From the NCBI GenBank assembly GCA_046484865.1, contig JAWOID010000065.1, forward strand, positions 1 to 46,169: a DNA stretch of 46,169 nucleotides. The letters are read 5' to 3'. The notes beneath the pieces are model-generated. The model did not search any database. It was not told the origin of the DNA and saw nothing but the letters and a program-made list of their open reading frames with translations. Position numbers and translations under genes: made by a program. Positions 33,201-42,383 of the stretch are shown here, in pieces. This stretch comes from Candidatus Krumholzibacteriia bacterium. GTDB lineage: Bacteria; Krumholzibacteriota; Krumholzibacteriia; LZORAL124-64-63. Position 1 is the stretch's first letter, and the number at the start of each line of letters is the position of its first letter.

Positions 33201-34247
33201 ATGATGAAACAACGATTGATGACCATCGGCGCGGTGAGTCTGCTCGCCGCCTTCGTCGCCGCTTCGGCCGCTGACGCGCGTCTGGTGACGCCGCAGCGCT
33301 GGGAGCGAGTCACCGTCACGACGACCGACGGCTGGGAGTACCCCGGCGTCACCGTGGAACTGGTGGACGGCGGACAGGCCTTGCGTCTGATCCGCCCGGA
33401 CGGAGCGCAGAGGACGCTGCCGCTCGATCAGATCCGCGGGCTCGAGGACTCGATCGGTCGCGACATCACCGCCCACGTGATCGCCGGCTGGAGCCGGCGC
33501 GCGGAAGGTCCGCCGCCTCCCGCAGCCGGCGTGCCCCCGCGGCAACGCGCGCGCTCGCCGATCTGGTGGAACGAGTCGGACGACGATCGCGGCCGCTGGG
33601 AGCCGCGCGACCGGCACCAGGAGAAGCACGAGCCCTTCCACGAGGTGGCGTTTCCGGCCCGCCGGCACCGAGGCACGGAGCCCCTCGCCACGCGGTTCGC
33701 GGTGGCCCTGGGCGGCGCCTTCGGCTTCGGCTGGAACGACGGTCGCTGGTTCCGCGCCTACGAGAACGCCGAGTACTACCAGGGCCAGATCCGCCTCGCC
33801 ATCTCCGGCAGCGTCTACCTGACCGGGCTCTACCGCCGTCACGAACTGCCGCGCAAGGTGGAGGCGATTCCGCTCCCGCCGGTCGACGACGACGAACCGC
33901 TTTCGGTCTATCCCGACCTGAAGCTCGATCAGTTCCTCTTCGGGCTCGGGTTCATGCCTCGCCGGCATCACTGGTCCGACGCCATCCCGTACCTGGAACT
34001 GGGCTACGGGCGGACCGAGTACACCGCGGTGGGCCAGGACGGCTGGCTGAGCGGCGCGGTCGACAAGCGCACCGTCTTCGCCCAGCTCGGCATCATCATG
34101 CCGCTGGGGCGGGACGTGGCGCTGGAGCTGGCCGGCAGCGCGGTCCACAGCGGCGACGACCTCTTCGACTTCGGCGACGACGCCCGCAGCGGCACCGTTC
34201 TGGGCGCGCACGCCGGGCTGACGATCCTGCTCGGCATGGTGGAGTGA
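33201..34247 (+). CDS. Hypothetical exported protein with a possible C-terminal outer-membrane beta-barrel
   Basis: Signal peptide (ASAADA); C-terminal half has alternating hydrophobic strands (PYLELGYG, VFAQLGIIMPLG, AHAGLTILL). Confidence 0.65.
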   Translation: MMKQRLMTIGAVSLLAAFVAASAADARLVTPQRWERVTVTTTDGWEYPGVTVELVDGGQALRLIRPDGAQRTLPLDQIRGLEDSIGRDITAHVIAGWSRRAEGPPPPAAGVPPRQRARSPIWWNESDDDRGRWEPRDRHQEKHEPFHEVAFPARRHRGTEPLATRFAVALGGAFGFGWNDGRWFRAYENAEYYQGQIRLAISGSVYLTGLYRRHELPRKVEAIPLPPVDDDEPLSVYPDLKLDQFLFGLGFMPRRHHWSDAIPYLELGYGRTEYTAVGQDGWLSGAVDKRTVFAQLGIIMPLGRDVALELAGSAVHSGDDLFDFGDDARSGTVLGAHAGLTILLGMVE

Positions 34248-34317
34248 TCGCGGCCGCGCCGGATGGTCGCTGGATCGGCCAGGCTCTGTCCGAGGGCTCC
34301 TGGACAGAGCCTGCGGG

Positions 34318-35511
34318 CTAGACGTCGGGCGGAGCGGCGGGGTGGGAGTCCCACTGCTCGATGCGGACGCCGCGGGCAGCCAGTTCTTCCAGCATGCGCT
34401 CGGCGGGAACCACCACCTCCTGGCGGCAGACTCCCCGATCCGTGATCACACCGGAGGCCAGCATCCGCGCGATGATGGCGGCTGGATATCCCGTCATGCG
34501 CATCATCGCGGAGATCCCGGTGTCCTGATCCGCGTGGTCGATGACGCGGAGCGAGCGGCGGCAGGGGGCCGGGGCCACATCGCCCACCGTCGGCGCCATG
34601 CCCTCCACCTCCACGAGCATCAGGACCACGTCGTCGCCCTCGCGGGGCAGGTGGCGCTCCAGCAAGTGACCGAGCAGGTCGCGCGGCTTGACCGCGGCGC
34701 CGTCCGGCATGACCACCGGCTCGTCTCCCATGAGTCCCAGATCCATCAGCAGCCGCATGCGCTCGCCGTGGCCCGAGTAGCGGATGGTCTTGTAGTCCAG
34801 ATTGTGGACGCGACCCAGCAGGGTGTCGGGGAGCGTGCTGGTGCCGCCGCTGGTCTGGAACGCCTCCAGCTCGCCGAAGGGCGCGGGAAAACGCAGCGTC
34901 TCCAGCTCGGTGAGCGAGGGCACCTGCGCGATGCGCCCGTCGCGGATGACCACGGCCGGCTCGACGTACTCGTTGATCAGCCCCTGCACGGCGAACACCA
35001 GCTGGTAGTCGAGCGGCGGCTGCGGGCGCAACGGCAGCCCGCCCACGCGAATGCGCAGATGTTCCACCGACGTGAACGGCCGCTGCAGGTGGCAGGCCAG
35101 GATGCCGGCCACGCCCGGAGCGAGCCCGCAGTCGGGGATCACGGTCACGCCGCGCTCCCGTGCCGTCTCGTCCAGCTCGAACTGTCGGCTCACCACCTCG
35201 TTGTTGCCGCCCAGGTCCAGGAAATGGCAGCGGTGCTGCAGCGCCAGCTGCGTCAGGTGCTCGTTGAACCAGTAGTTGACCGCGCTGACCATCACGTCCG
35301 CCTCGCGGGCGTGCTCGGCCAGCAGCGAGTCGTCGCGGACGTCGCCGAGGACGGTCAGCAGGCGCGGGTCCGCCACTTTCCCGGAAAGGGCGTCGAGAGC
35401 GGTCTGGTCGGCATCGACCACCACGAGCTTGCTCGTGCCATCGGTCTGGTGGAGCAGGTCGAAGGCGATGGCGGTCCCCTGCAGGCCGGCACCGAGGAGC
35501 AGGTACTTCAT
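34318..35511 (-). CDS. Saccharopine dehydrogenase / lysine 6-dehydrogenase family protein
   Basis: LLGAGLQG, HFLDLGGN, DCGLAPG, RVGGLP, GLINEY, YKTIRYSGH, MMRMTGYP. Confidence 0.9.
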   Translation of the reverse strand: MKYLLLGAGLQGTAIAFDLLHQTDGTSKLVVVDADQTALDALSGKVADPRLLTVLGDVRDDSLLAEHAREADVMVSAVNYWFNEHLTQLALQHRCHFLDLGGNNEVVSRQFELDETARERGVTVIPDCGLAPGVAGILACHLQRPFTSVEHLRIRVGGLPLRPQPPLDYQLVFAVQGLINEYVEPAVVIRDGRIAQVPSLTELETLRFPAPFGELEAFQTSGGTSTLPDTLLGRVHNLDYKTIRYSGHGERMRLLMDLGLMGDEPVVMPDGAAVKPRDLLGHLLERHLPREGDDVVLMLVEVEGMAPTVGDVAPAPCRRSLRVIDHADQDTGISAMMRMTGYPAAIIARMLASGVITDRGVCRQEVVVPAERMLEELAARGVRIEQWDSHPAAPPDV

Positions 35512-35673
35512 GGTCGCGCCTCCCGGGACGAAGGAGAAGGGGCGGAACGTCGTTCGCGCGGCACGCTAGCAAGACCCGCGGCCACTGGCAACCTTGGCCC
35601 CGCACCGAACGCCGAGGGCCCGCCGGGAGGCGAGCCCTCGCCTGGCTGTCCAGGTCGGTCCCCGGCCCGAGGA

Positions 35674-36825
35674 TCAGCTTCCCGCCGGCCCGAAGCTCGC
35701 CCGGGGATTGTACGTCCGCTCATCGTCGTGACACGCGGTGCAGGTGGCCGCCGAGCCGATGCCCGTGGTGTGGCAGTCCGCGCAGTCGACGGCTGCGTGC
35801 ACGTCGTCGAGCACCACGCCGGTGACGCCGTGCTGGAAGCGGTTCACGTCCCAGCCGTTGGGGTGGCAGCTGGCGCAGGCGGGGTTCGGCTTGGTGAAGC
35901 GCGCACCCTGCCGGGCATGGCAGGCGGCGCAGTGGACGGCGCTGTGGTAGGTCTTCAGCGGCCAGCCGGTGTCGGCATGGCGGAAGAGGTCGTCCTGGGC
36001 GCGACCGTGGCACTGCTCGCAACCCCCGCGCGATTCGTCGTGGCACACGTAGCAGGTCTCGTGCAGGTCGACCTCGGCCGGGTCGCCCATCGGGTGCGAC
36101 TCCGCCCCCAGCACGTGACAGCTCGCGCAGCTCTGCTTCTGGTGGCAGTGGGAGCAGTCGGCGCCGTACTTCACCACGTGGTTACGATGGTGGAAGGGAA
36201 CCTGGTCGCCCGCCGTGAACTCCGTTTCGAAGACGATGAGGTCCTTCATGATCATCGGCTCGTGCAGCGGTTCGGTGCAGAACGTGGTGGCGGTGCCGTG
36301 CAGGGGACCGTCCGCCTTCTTCTCGTGGCAGATCTCGCACTTGGTCTCCTTGTCCCACTCCACGTGGCAGCCGAGGCACTGCCGGTGGTAGGCGCCCTTG
36401 AGGCCCGGCTGCGCCAGGTCCTCGCTCGCGATCTCGGCCGGATGGCACTCCCGGCAACTCGGGTGCGGCAGGTTGGGCGGCGTGTAGTGGTGGCAGATGG
36501 CGCAGCCGCCGTTCATCTCGGCCATCGCCGCATGGCCGGCGTGATCGAAGCGCACCGGCACGTAGAGCCGCTCGAGGTCGTCGAGGATGACGACGGCGGG
36601 TCCGAGGTCCGGCTTCAGCGCCGCGCTCACCAGGTGACGCGGGCAGTCGAACGGCTTCAGGCACGGCTCGGCCGCGGTGGGATGAGCGCAGGTGTGGCAA
36701 TGGGCGCAGTTCAACGCCTGCTCGGCCGTGCTCTCCCGCTGAAGGTCCCGCGGACCGAAGCCGGTCAGGAGGAGGAGTCCACCGAGTCCGACGAGAACAG
36801 TGGCAATCCAGCGCGTTTCTTGCAT
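35674..36825 (-). CDS. Multiheme c-type cytochrome (13 CXXCH, cytochrome c3-like repeats)
   Basis: 13 CXXCH motifs counted; FDHAGH, GLKGAYHRQCLGCH, FHHRNH class III signatures; N-terminal hydrophobic segment. Confidence 0.92.
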   Translation of the reverse strand: MQETRWIATVLVGLGGLLLLTGFGPRDLQRESTAEQALNCAHCHTCAHPTAAEPCLKPFDCPRHLVSAALKPDLGPAVVILDDLERLYVPVRFDHAGHAAMAEMNGGCAICHHYTPPNLPHPSCRECHPAEIASEDLAQPGLKGAYHRQCLGCHVEWDKETKCEICHEKKADGPLHGTATTFCTEPLHEPMIMKDLIVFETEFTAGDQVPFHHRNHVVKYGADCSHCHQKQSCASCHVLGAESHPMGDPAEVDLHETCYVCHDESRGGCEQCHGRAQDDLFRHADTGWPLKTYHSAVHCAACHARQGARFTKPNPACASCHPNGWDVNRFQHGVTGVVLDDVHAAVDCADCHTTGIGSAATCTACHDDERTYNPRASFGPAGS

Positions 36826-38051
36826 GATACCTCACCCCTTGCCGGGCTCGCGCGCCGCTCCTCCGCCGGCAGGACGGGAAAGACGGTCACGAATACCCGG
36901 TAGGCGAAGAGCAGTCCTGCGACGAGACCCGCGGTCACCGCGACCTCGCCGAAGCTGGGAAAGTATGGACGCGTGGCGTAGACGGGGTCGTACGCCACCA
37001 GGAAGACGTTGATGCGATTCAGCACCACGCCCAGCACCACCATCAGCGACGCGGTCAGCAGCAGTTGCGGCGATCGGCGGACCTGCTCCGTCATGAACAT
37101 GACCAGCGGGATCACGACCCCGCCCACGACCTCCAGGCCGAAGAACAGGGGACGGTGACCGCCGGCGAACAGCAGCGGGAAGGTGCCGCGGATGGCCATG
37201 TCGCCGACCTTGAAACCCAGGTAGAGCAGCAGCAGCACCGGCACGATCTTGCTCAGGGATCCGAGCAGGTCCGTCTCCGGCTCGCGCCCGAACGAGCGCG
37301 CGGCCCAGATGGACTCCAGGATCACCATCGGGAAGCCCACGGCGACGGCCGAGAGCAGGAACAGCAGGGGCAGGATGGGAGTGTGCCAGAGGGGATCCAT
37401 CTTGTAGGGCACGATCACCATCAGGGCGCCCAGGGACGACTGATGGAGGCAGGAGAGCAGCACGCCCGCGATGATGAACACGGCCATCACCCTGCCCAGC
37501 GTGCGATCGAAGGCGAGCATCAGGAACTCCGCGGCCCCGTTGAACGCCGCCAGCGCGCCGGGCAGATCCACCCGGCCACGGAACCGCTCCACCACCACCG
37601 GCCCGAACTCGATGTAGAGCACCGTCAGGTAGCACATGACGCAGATGCCGACCTCGAACAGGACCGAGTGGCCGGACCACATGGACGGCAGCAGCGGATG
37701 CCACACGTTGTACCAGCGCCCCAGGTCCATCATCAACCCGACCACCGCGAAGGTATACCCGAGCATGGCGGTCAAGAGCGCCGGCCTGACCAGGGCGTGA
37801 TAGCGGCGCCGGTTGAAGACGTGCGCCAGGGCGGCGGTGGTGAAGCCGCCGGCCGCCAGCGCGACGCCCGAGGCCACGTCCACGGCGATCCAGATGCCCC
37901 ACGGCCACTGGTCGTCGAGAGCGGTCACCGAGCCGATGCCGAAGAACAGCCGCCGGACCGCGAACAGTCCGCCGAGCAGCATCAGCGAGAGCAGGACGTA
38001 GACGCCCGGCGTGAGGATCCTGCGCCCAACCGGCGCGGCCTGGGTGGTCAT
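36765..38051 (-). CDS. NrfD/PsrC-family membrane subunit (HybB/HmcC-like)
   Basis: PWGIWIAVDVASGVALAAGG, DLGRWYN, SVLFEVGIC, SCLHQSSLG, LNRINV. Confidence 0.92.
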   Translation of the reverse strand: MTTQAAPVGRRILTPGVYVLLSLMLLGGLFAVRRLFFGIGSVTALDDQWPWGIWIAVDVASGVALAAGGFTTAALAHVFNRRRYHALVRPALLTAMLGYTFAVVGLMMDLGRWYNVWHPLLPSMWSGHSVLFEVGICVMCYLTVLYIEFGPVVVERFRGRVDLPGALAAFNGAAEFLMLAFDRTLGRVMAVFIIAGVLLSCLHQSSLGALMVIVPYKMDPLWHTPILPLLFLLSAVAVGFPMVILESIWAARSFGREPETDLLGSLSKIVPVLLLLYLGFKVGDMAIRGTFPLLFAGGHRPLFFGLEVVGGVVIPLVMFMTEQVRRSPQLLLTASLMVVLGVVLNRINVFLVAYDPVYATRPYFPSFGEVAVTAGLVAGLLFAYRVFVTVFPVLPAEERRASPARGEVSCKKRAGLPLFSSDSVDSSS

Positions 38052-39007
38052 GGCTCCTTCCTTTCCGGTTCGCTCCGGTCCCGGCGGGACGGCTCTTCGG
38101 CGGCGTCAGCGCGGCCGCGTTCCGCTCCGCCCTCGACGGCGGCCACCTCGTCCCTGCGGTGGGTCAGCCACATGATCTGGCCGAGGAACGCCGCCACGGC
38201 CACCGGCGGCACGAAGTTCTTGAAGACGCTGTGCTGGATCGTCTCGGTTACCGTGGGGATGGGCCGATTCCCGAGGGTGGGCAGGCCCAGCTGCTCGAAC
38301 GGCGTGCTCGAGAGGTAGAGCCAGGACGTGCCGCCGACCTCGTGTTCACCGTAGACGTGATCGACGTACCGTCCCGGATGTCGCGCGATCTTGCGGTGGG
38401 CCAGGTCCAGCAGCGAACTGCGCTTGCCGAACGTGAGGCACTCCACCGGACACATCGCGACGCAGGCGGGGCGCTCCCCCTGATCGAGGCGCTCGAGGCA
38501 GAAGGTGCACTTGCGGACCTGGGGTGCCGAGGCGTTGTCGTACTCATAGGCGGGCACGCCGAATGGACAGGCGACCATGCAGTAGCGGCAGCCCATGCAC
38601 CGCCAGGGGTCGTAGGCCACGACCCCGTCGTCACGCCGGGCGAAGGCCGTGACGATGCAGGCCGACGAGCAGGCCGGATCGAGGCAGTGCATGCACTGTG
38701 CCTTCACGTAGACCGGGTCGTCCTGGTTGCCGAACCGGTTCACGACCGTGTAGCTGGTGGGGGTGGGGCGCCGTAGCGAGGCGTAGACGGTCTGGTCCTC
38801 GAACGCGGCCAGGCTCGCCCGCGACAGGCCGCTGTTCTCGTTGCAGGCCCACTCGCACTTGCGGCAGCCGATGCAGAGCGTCGTGTCCACCAGGACGCCG
38901 AGACCGTCGCCCGGAGTCGACCCCGCCCCGGATGCGCGCGCCTGACCGGCGCCCGCCAGGCAGGCGCCCGCCGCGCCCATCGTCGTCAGGAAGTCCCTGC
39001 GATCCAT
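38048..39007 (-). CDS. Tat-exported 4Fe-4S protein (HybA/HmcB/NrfC-like)
   Basis: MDRRDFL twin-arginine signal; CIGCRKCEWAC, CMHCLDPACSSAC, CMGCRYCMVACPF, KCTFC...PACVAMCP; YGEHEVGGT. Confidence 0.93.
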   Translation of the reverse strand: MDRRDFLTTMGAAGACLAGAGQARASGAGSTPGDGLGVLVDTTLCIGCRKCEWACNENSGLSRASLAAFEDQTVYASLRRPTPTSYTVVNRFGNQDDPVYVKAQCMHCLDPACSSACIVTAFARRDDGVVAYDPWRCMGCRYCMVACPFGVPAYEYDNASAPQVRKCTFCLERLDQGERPACVAMCPVECLTFGKRSSLLDLAHRKIARHPGRYVDHVYGEHEVGGTSWLYLSSTPFEQLGLPTLGNRPIPTVTETIQHSVFKNFVPPVAVAAFLGQIMWLTHRRDEVAAVEGGAERGRADAAEEPSRRDRSEPERKEP

Positions 39008-39389
39008 GATTCAAACCTCGGGAACACACCCTGTTTATCGGTTAACAGGCATCCTGTGACAAAGATGTGCCATCCATTAAAGATCGCAAGTACGATATTT
39101 ATGTACCACCGGGGTTGCTGGGATTTCGATGGAGCTGGGGGACCCGACCAGCGTCCACCCTCCGTGAGTCCGCGCAACGAGTTGGCTTTGACCTGCCCCC
39201 GGTGGGGGTCTATCATCGCGAACGGCGATCCCCCCGGTGTCGCGGCCGCCCGCGTTGAAACCGCCGGCACCGCGTGGTCGTCGCGGAGGTCTCACGCCCA
39301 CCAGTCAGGTCTGGCGAGCGCCATCCTCGATCCCCGTGCGCGGCCCGCGCCGCGAGACCGCGCCGGCAGTCACGTCAAAGGAGCCGAGA

Positions 39390-40280
39390 ATGCAGAGCAA
39401 GTCGCTGCAGGAGAATCTGCTCGAGCTGATCCGACGCACGTCGACGCAGCTCCCCGCCGACGTGGTGAGACTGCTGGAGAAGGGGGCGCGCCGGGAGGAG
39501 AAGGACTCCACGGCACGGTACGCCCTGAAGGTCGTCCTGGACAACGTGGTCATGGCGAGGGAGAAGTCGCAGCCGCTGTGCCAGGACACCGGCACCATCG
39601 TCTGCTACGCCGACCTGCCCGGCTGGATGGACGAGAAGACCTTCCGGAGAGCCTACGAGCGCGCCGTGGTGGAGGCCACGCGCAAGGGCTACCTCCGGCA
39701 GAACTCGGTCGACTCCATCACGGGCAAGAACAGCGGGAACAACCTCGGACCAGGCAGCCCCGTGTTCCACCTGCACCAGAACGGCGGCCGGAGCCTCGCC
39801 GTGCGCATGATGCTCAAGGGTGGCGGCTGCGAGAACGTGGGCGTGCAGTACGCGTTGCCGGACAATCGCCTGGGCGCGGGACGCGACCTCGAGGGCGTGC
39901 GTCTCTGCCTGCTGGACGCCGTCTACCAGGCCCAGGGCAAGGGCTGCGGCCCGGGCATCCTGGGCGTGTGCATCGGCGGCGACCGTGCCACCGGCTACGT
40001 GGCCAGCAAGGAGGAGTTCTTCCGGCCGCTCGACGATGTGAACCCCGACGAGCGGCTGGCGCGCCTGGAGCGGCGGATCCTGAAGGAAGCCAACGAGCTG
40101 GGCATCGGGCCCATGGGCTTCGGCGGCGCGACCACCCTGCTGGGGTGCAAGATCACTCAGCGCAATCGCCTGCCGGCCTCGTTCTACGTGTCGGTCTCCT
40201 ACATGTGCTGGGCCTACCGGCGGCACGGCTGCCGGATCTCCGAATCCGGCAAGATCACCCGCTGGCTGTACGAGTCCTGA
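39390..40280 (+). CDS. Class I fumarate hydratase, alpha subunit (Fe-S hydro-lyase)
   Basis: PLCQDTG, LKGGGCEN, GKGCGPG, GIGPMGFGG, MCWAYRR; AAGGAG RBS. Confidence 0.92.
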   Translation: MQSKSLQENLLELIRRTSTQLPADVVRLLEKGARREEKDSTARYALKVVLDNVVMAREKSQPLCQDTGTIVCYADLPGWMDEKTFRRAYERAVVEATRKGYLRQNSVDSITGKNSGNNLGPGSPVFHLHQNGGRSLAVRMMLKGGGCENVGVQYALPDNRLGAGRDLEGVRLCLLDAVYQAQGKGCGPGILGVCIGGDRATGYVASKEEFFRPLDDVNPDERLARLERRILKEANELGIGPMGFGGATTLLGCKITQRNRLPASFYVSVSYMCWAYRRHGCRISESGKITRWLYES

Positions 40281-40298
40281 GAAAAGGGAGAGAGGACC

Positions 40299-40868
40299 AT
40301 GCTGCTCGAAGCGCCGTTCACCGAGGAGAAGATCCGTAGCCTGAGAGTGGGCGATCAGGTGGAGATCACCGGGATGGTGTTCACCGGTCGCGACGCCGTC
40401 CACAAGTACCTGCACGACGGTGGCGAGCCTCCCGTGGACCTGACCGACAGCATCATCTACCACTGCGGTCCGGTCGTGGTGAGGGAGAAGGAGCGGTGGG
40501 TGGTGAAGGCTGCCGGACCCACCACCAGCATTCGCGAGGAACCCTACCAGGGGCCGCTCATGGAGAAGTTCGGAATCCGGGGGGTCATCGGCAAGGGTGG
40601 CATGGGCAAGAAGACGCTGGAGTCCTGCCGGAAGGTGGGTGCCGTCTACTTCCACGCCATCGGCGGGGCGGCCCAGGTGCTGGCCGAGCGGGTGGTGGAG
40701 GTGCCGGATGTGCACTTCCTCGAGAAGTTCGGCTCGCCGGAAGCCATCTGGGAGTTCCGGGTCGAGCGGTTTCCCGTGGTGGTCACGATGGACTCGCACG
40801 GCGAATCGCTGCACGAGAAGGTGCTGGACGAGTCGCGGGGCCGGCTCGAGCGCCTGCTGAGCAGGTAG
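40299..40868 (+). CDS. Class I fumarate hydratase, beta subunit
   Basis: TGRDAVH, YHCGP, AGPTTSIRE, IGKGGM, MDSHGESLH. Confidence 0.92.
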   Translation: MLLEAPFTEEKIRSLRVGDQVEITGMVFTGRDAVHKYLHDGGEPPVDLTDSIIYHCGPVVVREKERWVVKAAGPTTSIREEPYQGPLMEKFGIRGVIGKGGMGKKTLESCRKVGAVYFHAIGGAAQVLAERVVEVPDVHFLEKFGSPEAIWEFRVERFPVVVTMDSHGESLHEKVLDESRGRLERLLSR

Positions 40869-40940
40869 GCTGGCCCCGGGGGCGGGATCCGGATCCGCGC
40901 CCGAACGTCGCAGGGTGACTGCGAACAAGGAGTACCCGCC

Positions 40941-42242
40941 TTGGAGCGAGGAATCGTGCCTACCGGCACACCGCAGACCGGAACTCCGCCGCCGGGCGGG
41001 GACATCACCCTGGCCGGGCTCCTCAACGTCCTGTGGCGGCGCCGCTGGATCGTGGTCGGGATACCGCTGCTGGCGCTCGCCGTGGCGGCGGTGTACATCG
41101 CCGTGGCCCCGCGCATGTACAAGGCCACCGCCACCGTGAGACCGGGCATCACGGCATTCACCCCGGAGGGTTTTCCGGTCCGGGACTGGCGGCTGAAGGA
41201 CGTGACGCGCTGGTTCGACGAGATGCTCTACCGCCGGCCGGTCGTGGAGCGACTGGAGCTGGATCCGCGCGCGCGGCCGGTGATCAGGGCCGAGTTCATC
41301 GCCCAGGGGCTGCAGAACCTCGAGGGCGGCGACGTGATCACCCTGACCACCTTCGCCCCTGACCCCGAACTGGCGCGGGAGATCCTGAATGCCGCCATCG
41401 ACGGCTTCTCCGAGTACGCCGAGGAGGACAGCCTCTCCAGCAACATCCAGCTGTCCCGCCGTGGGCTGCGCCTGCGGATGGCGCGCCTGCGCAACGAGGC
41501 CGCCGGCCTCGAGAGCGAGGCGGAGCACGTCGTCCTGAAGCTGGGGGCGGCCGCCGCGGAGTCGCTGCAGATCGAGTCGGAGGCGGCGCGCATCGAATTG
41601 AACATCCGCGACCTGGAGGTGCTCAGCGAGCGGAGCCGTAGCAACCTGGGGGCGCTCGCGCGGCAGCAGGCCGCTCTCGAGCGGGACCTCGAGGATATCG
41701 GCGAGGTGATGACCAGGTTGCGACAGGAGCCCGGCAGCAGCGTGGATCCGCAGGAGATCCCCGGCTGGCTCGACCGCGACGCCGTGCTCACCGGCCCGGA
41801 CGTGTTCAGCAACCTGGTGGAGTCTCGCTCGCGGCTGCAGCAGAAGCTGATGGAGAATGCGGTCCACCAGGACAGCCTGCGGACCGCGATCGATCGCAAC
41901 GCCATCGGGGTGGAGAGGCTCGTCCTGGCGCGGGATCGCGACGTCGCCGCCCGGCGCCTGACGGTGCACCAGAAGATCGGCGAGTTGCGTCTGGAGACGC
42001 GGTTCAGGCTGCCGCTGCAGGCCGAGGAGATCGAGAATCGGGTGCGAGAGGCACAGGTGCAGTTCGGCAGCCTCACGCCTCTGGAACGCATCGGGCGGAT
42101 CAGCGTCAGCGACGAGCCGGTGCGGCCGCGCAAGCTGCGCGTGATTCTCATTCTGGGATTCCTGGGAGTGGTCGGAGGGCTCGTCCTGGCGTTCGTCACG
42201 GACTACGTGATCACCCATCGGCGCGAGATCTTCGGGTCATGA
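40941..42242 (+). CDS. Wzz/polysaccharide co-polymerase family protein
   Basis: DITLAGLLNVLWRRRWIV, N-terminal TM, long coiled coil, PVRPRK followed by a C-terminal TM. Confidence 0.85.
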   Translation: MERGIVPTGTPQTGTPPPGGDITLAGLLNVLWRRRWIVVGIPLLALAVAAVYIAVAPRMYKATATVRPGITAFTPEGFPVRDWRLKDVTRWFDEMLYRRPVVERLELDPRARPVIRAEFIAQGLQNLEGGDVITLTTFAPDPELAREILNAAIDGFSEYAEEDSLSSNIQLSRRGLRLRMARLRNEAAGLESEAEHVVLKLGAAAAESLQIESEAARIELNIRDLEVLSERSRSNLGALARQQAALERDLEDIGEVMTRLRQEPGSSVDPQEIPGWLDRDAVLTGPDVFSNLVESRSRLQQKLMENAVHQDSLRTAIDRNAIGVERLVLARDRDVAARRLTVHQKIGELRLETRFRLPLQAEEIENRVREAQVQFGSLTPLERIGRISVSDEPVRPRKLRVILILGFLGVVGGLVLAFVTDYVITHRREIFGS

Positions 42243-42324
42243 AGCCGGCCGCGGGCCGATCTTGCCGGTTGTCGTGGTCGGAACTCGTGGTTATCCTTCA
42301 GGTGCCAGCGCGCTCTGCGCGCAA

Positions 42325-42368
42325 CCGGGGGGCGGACCGCGCCAGCGGCTCTGCCCCCCGGCCTTTTT
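42325..42368 (+). terminator. Intrinsic terminator-like hairpin with U-tract directly before the FKBP RBS
   Basis: ccggggggcgga...tctgccccccgg followed by ccttttt. Confidence 0.65.
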
Positions 42369-42383
42369 GAGTGGAGGCGATGC

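Noticed and set aside
36765..36825. 61-bp overlap of the NrfD gene with the cytochrome gene as a programmed frameshift
   Set aside because: The cytochrome has its own GAGGT RBS and signal sequence; a drifted stop codon explains the overlap
39059..39073. Sigma54-like TGGCAC...TTG on the minus strand
   Set aside because: Spacing is one base short and the -12 GC is absent
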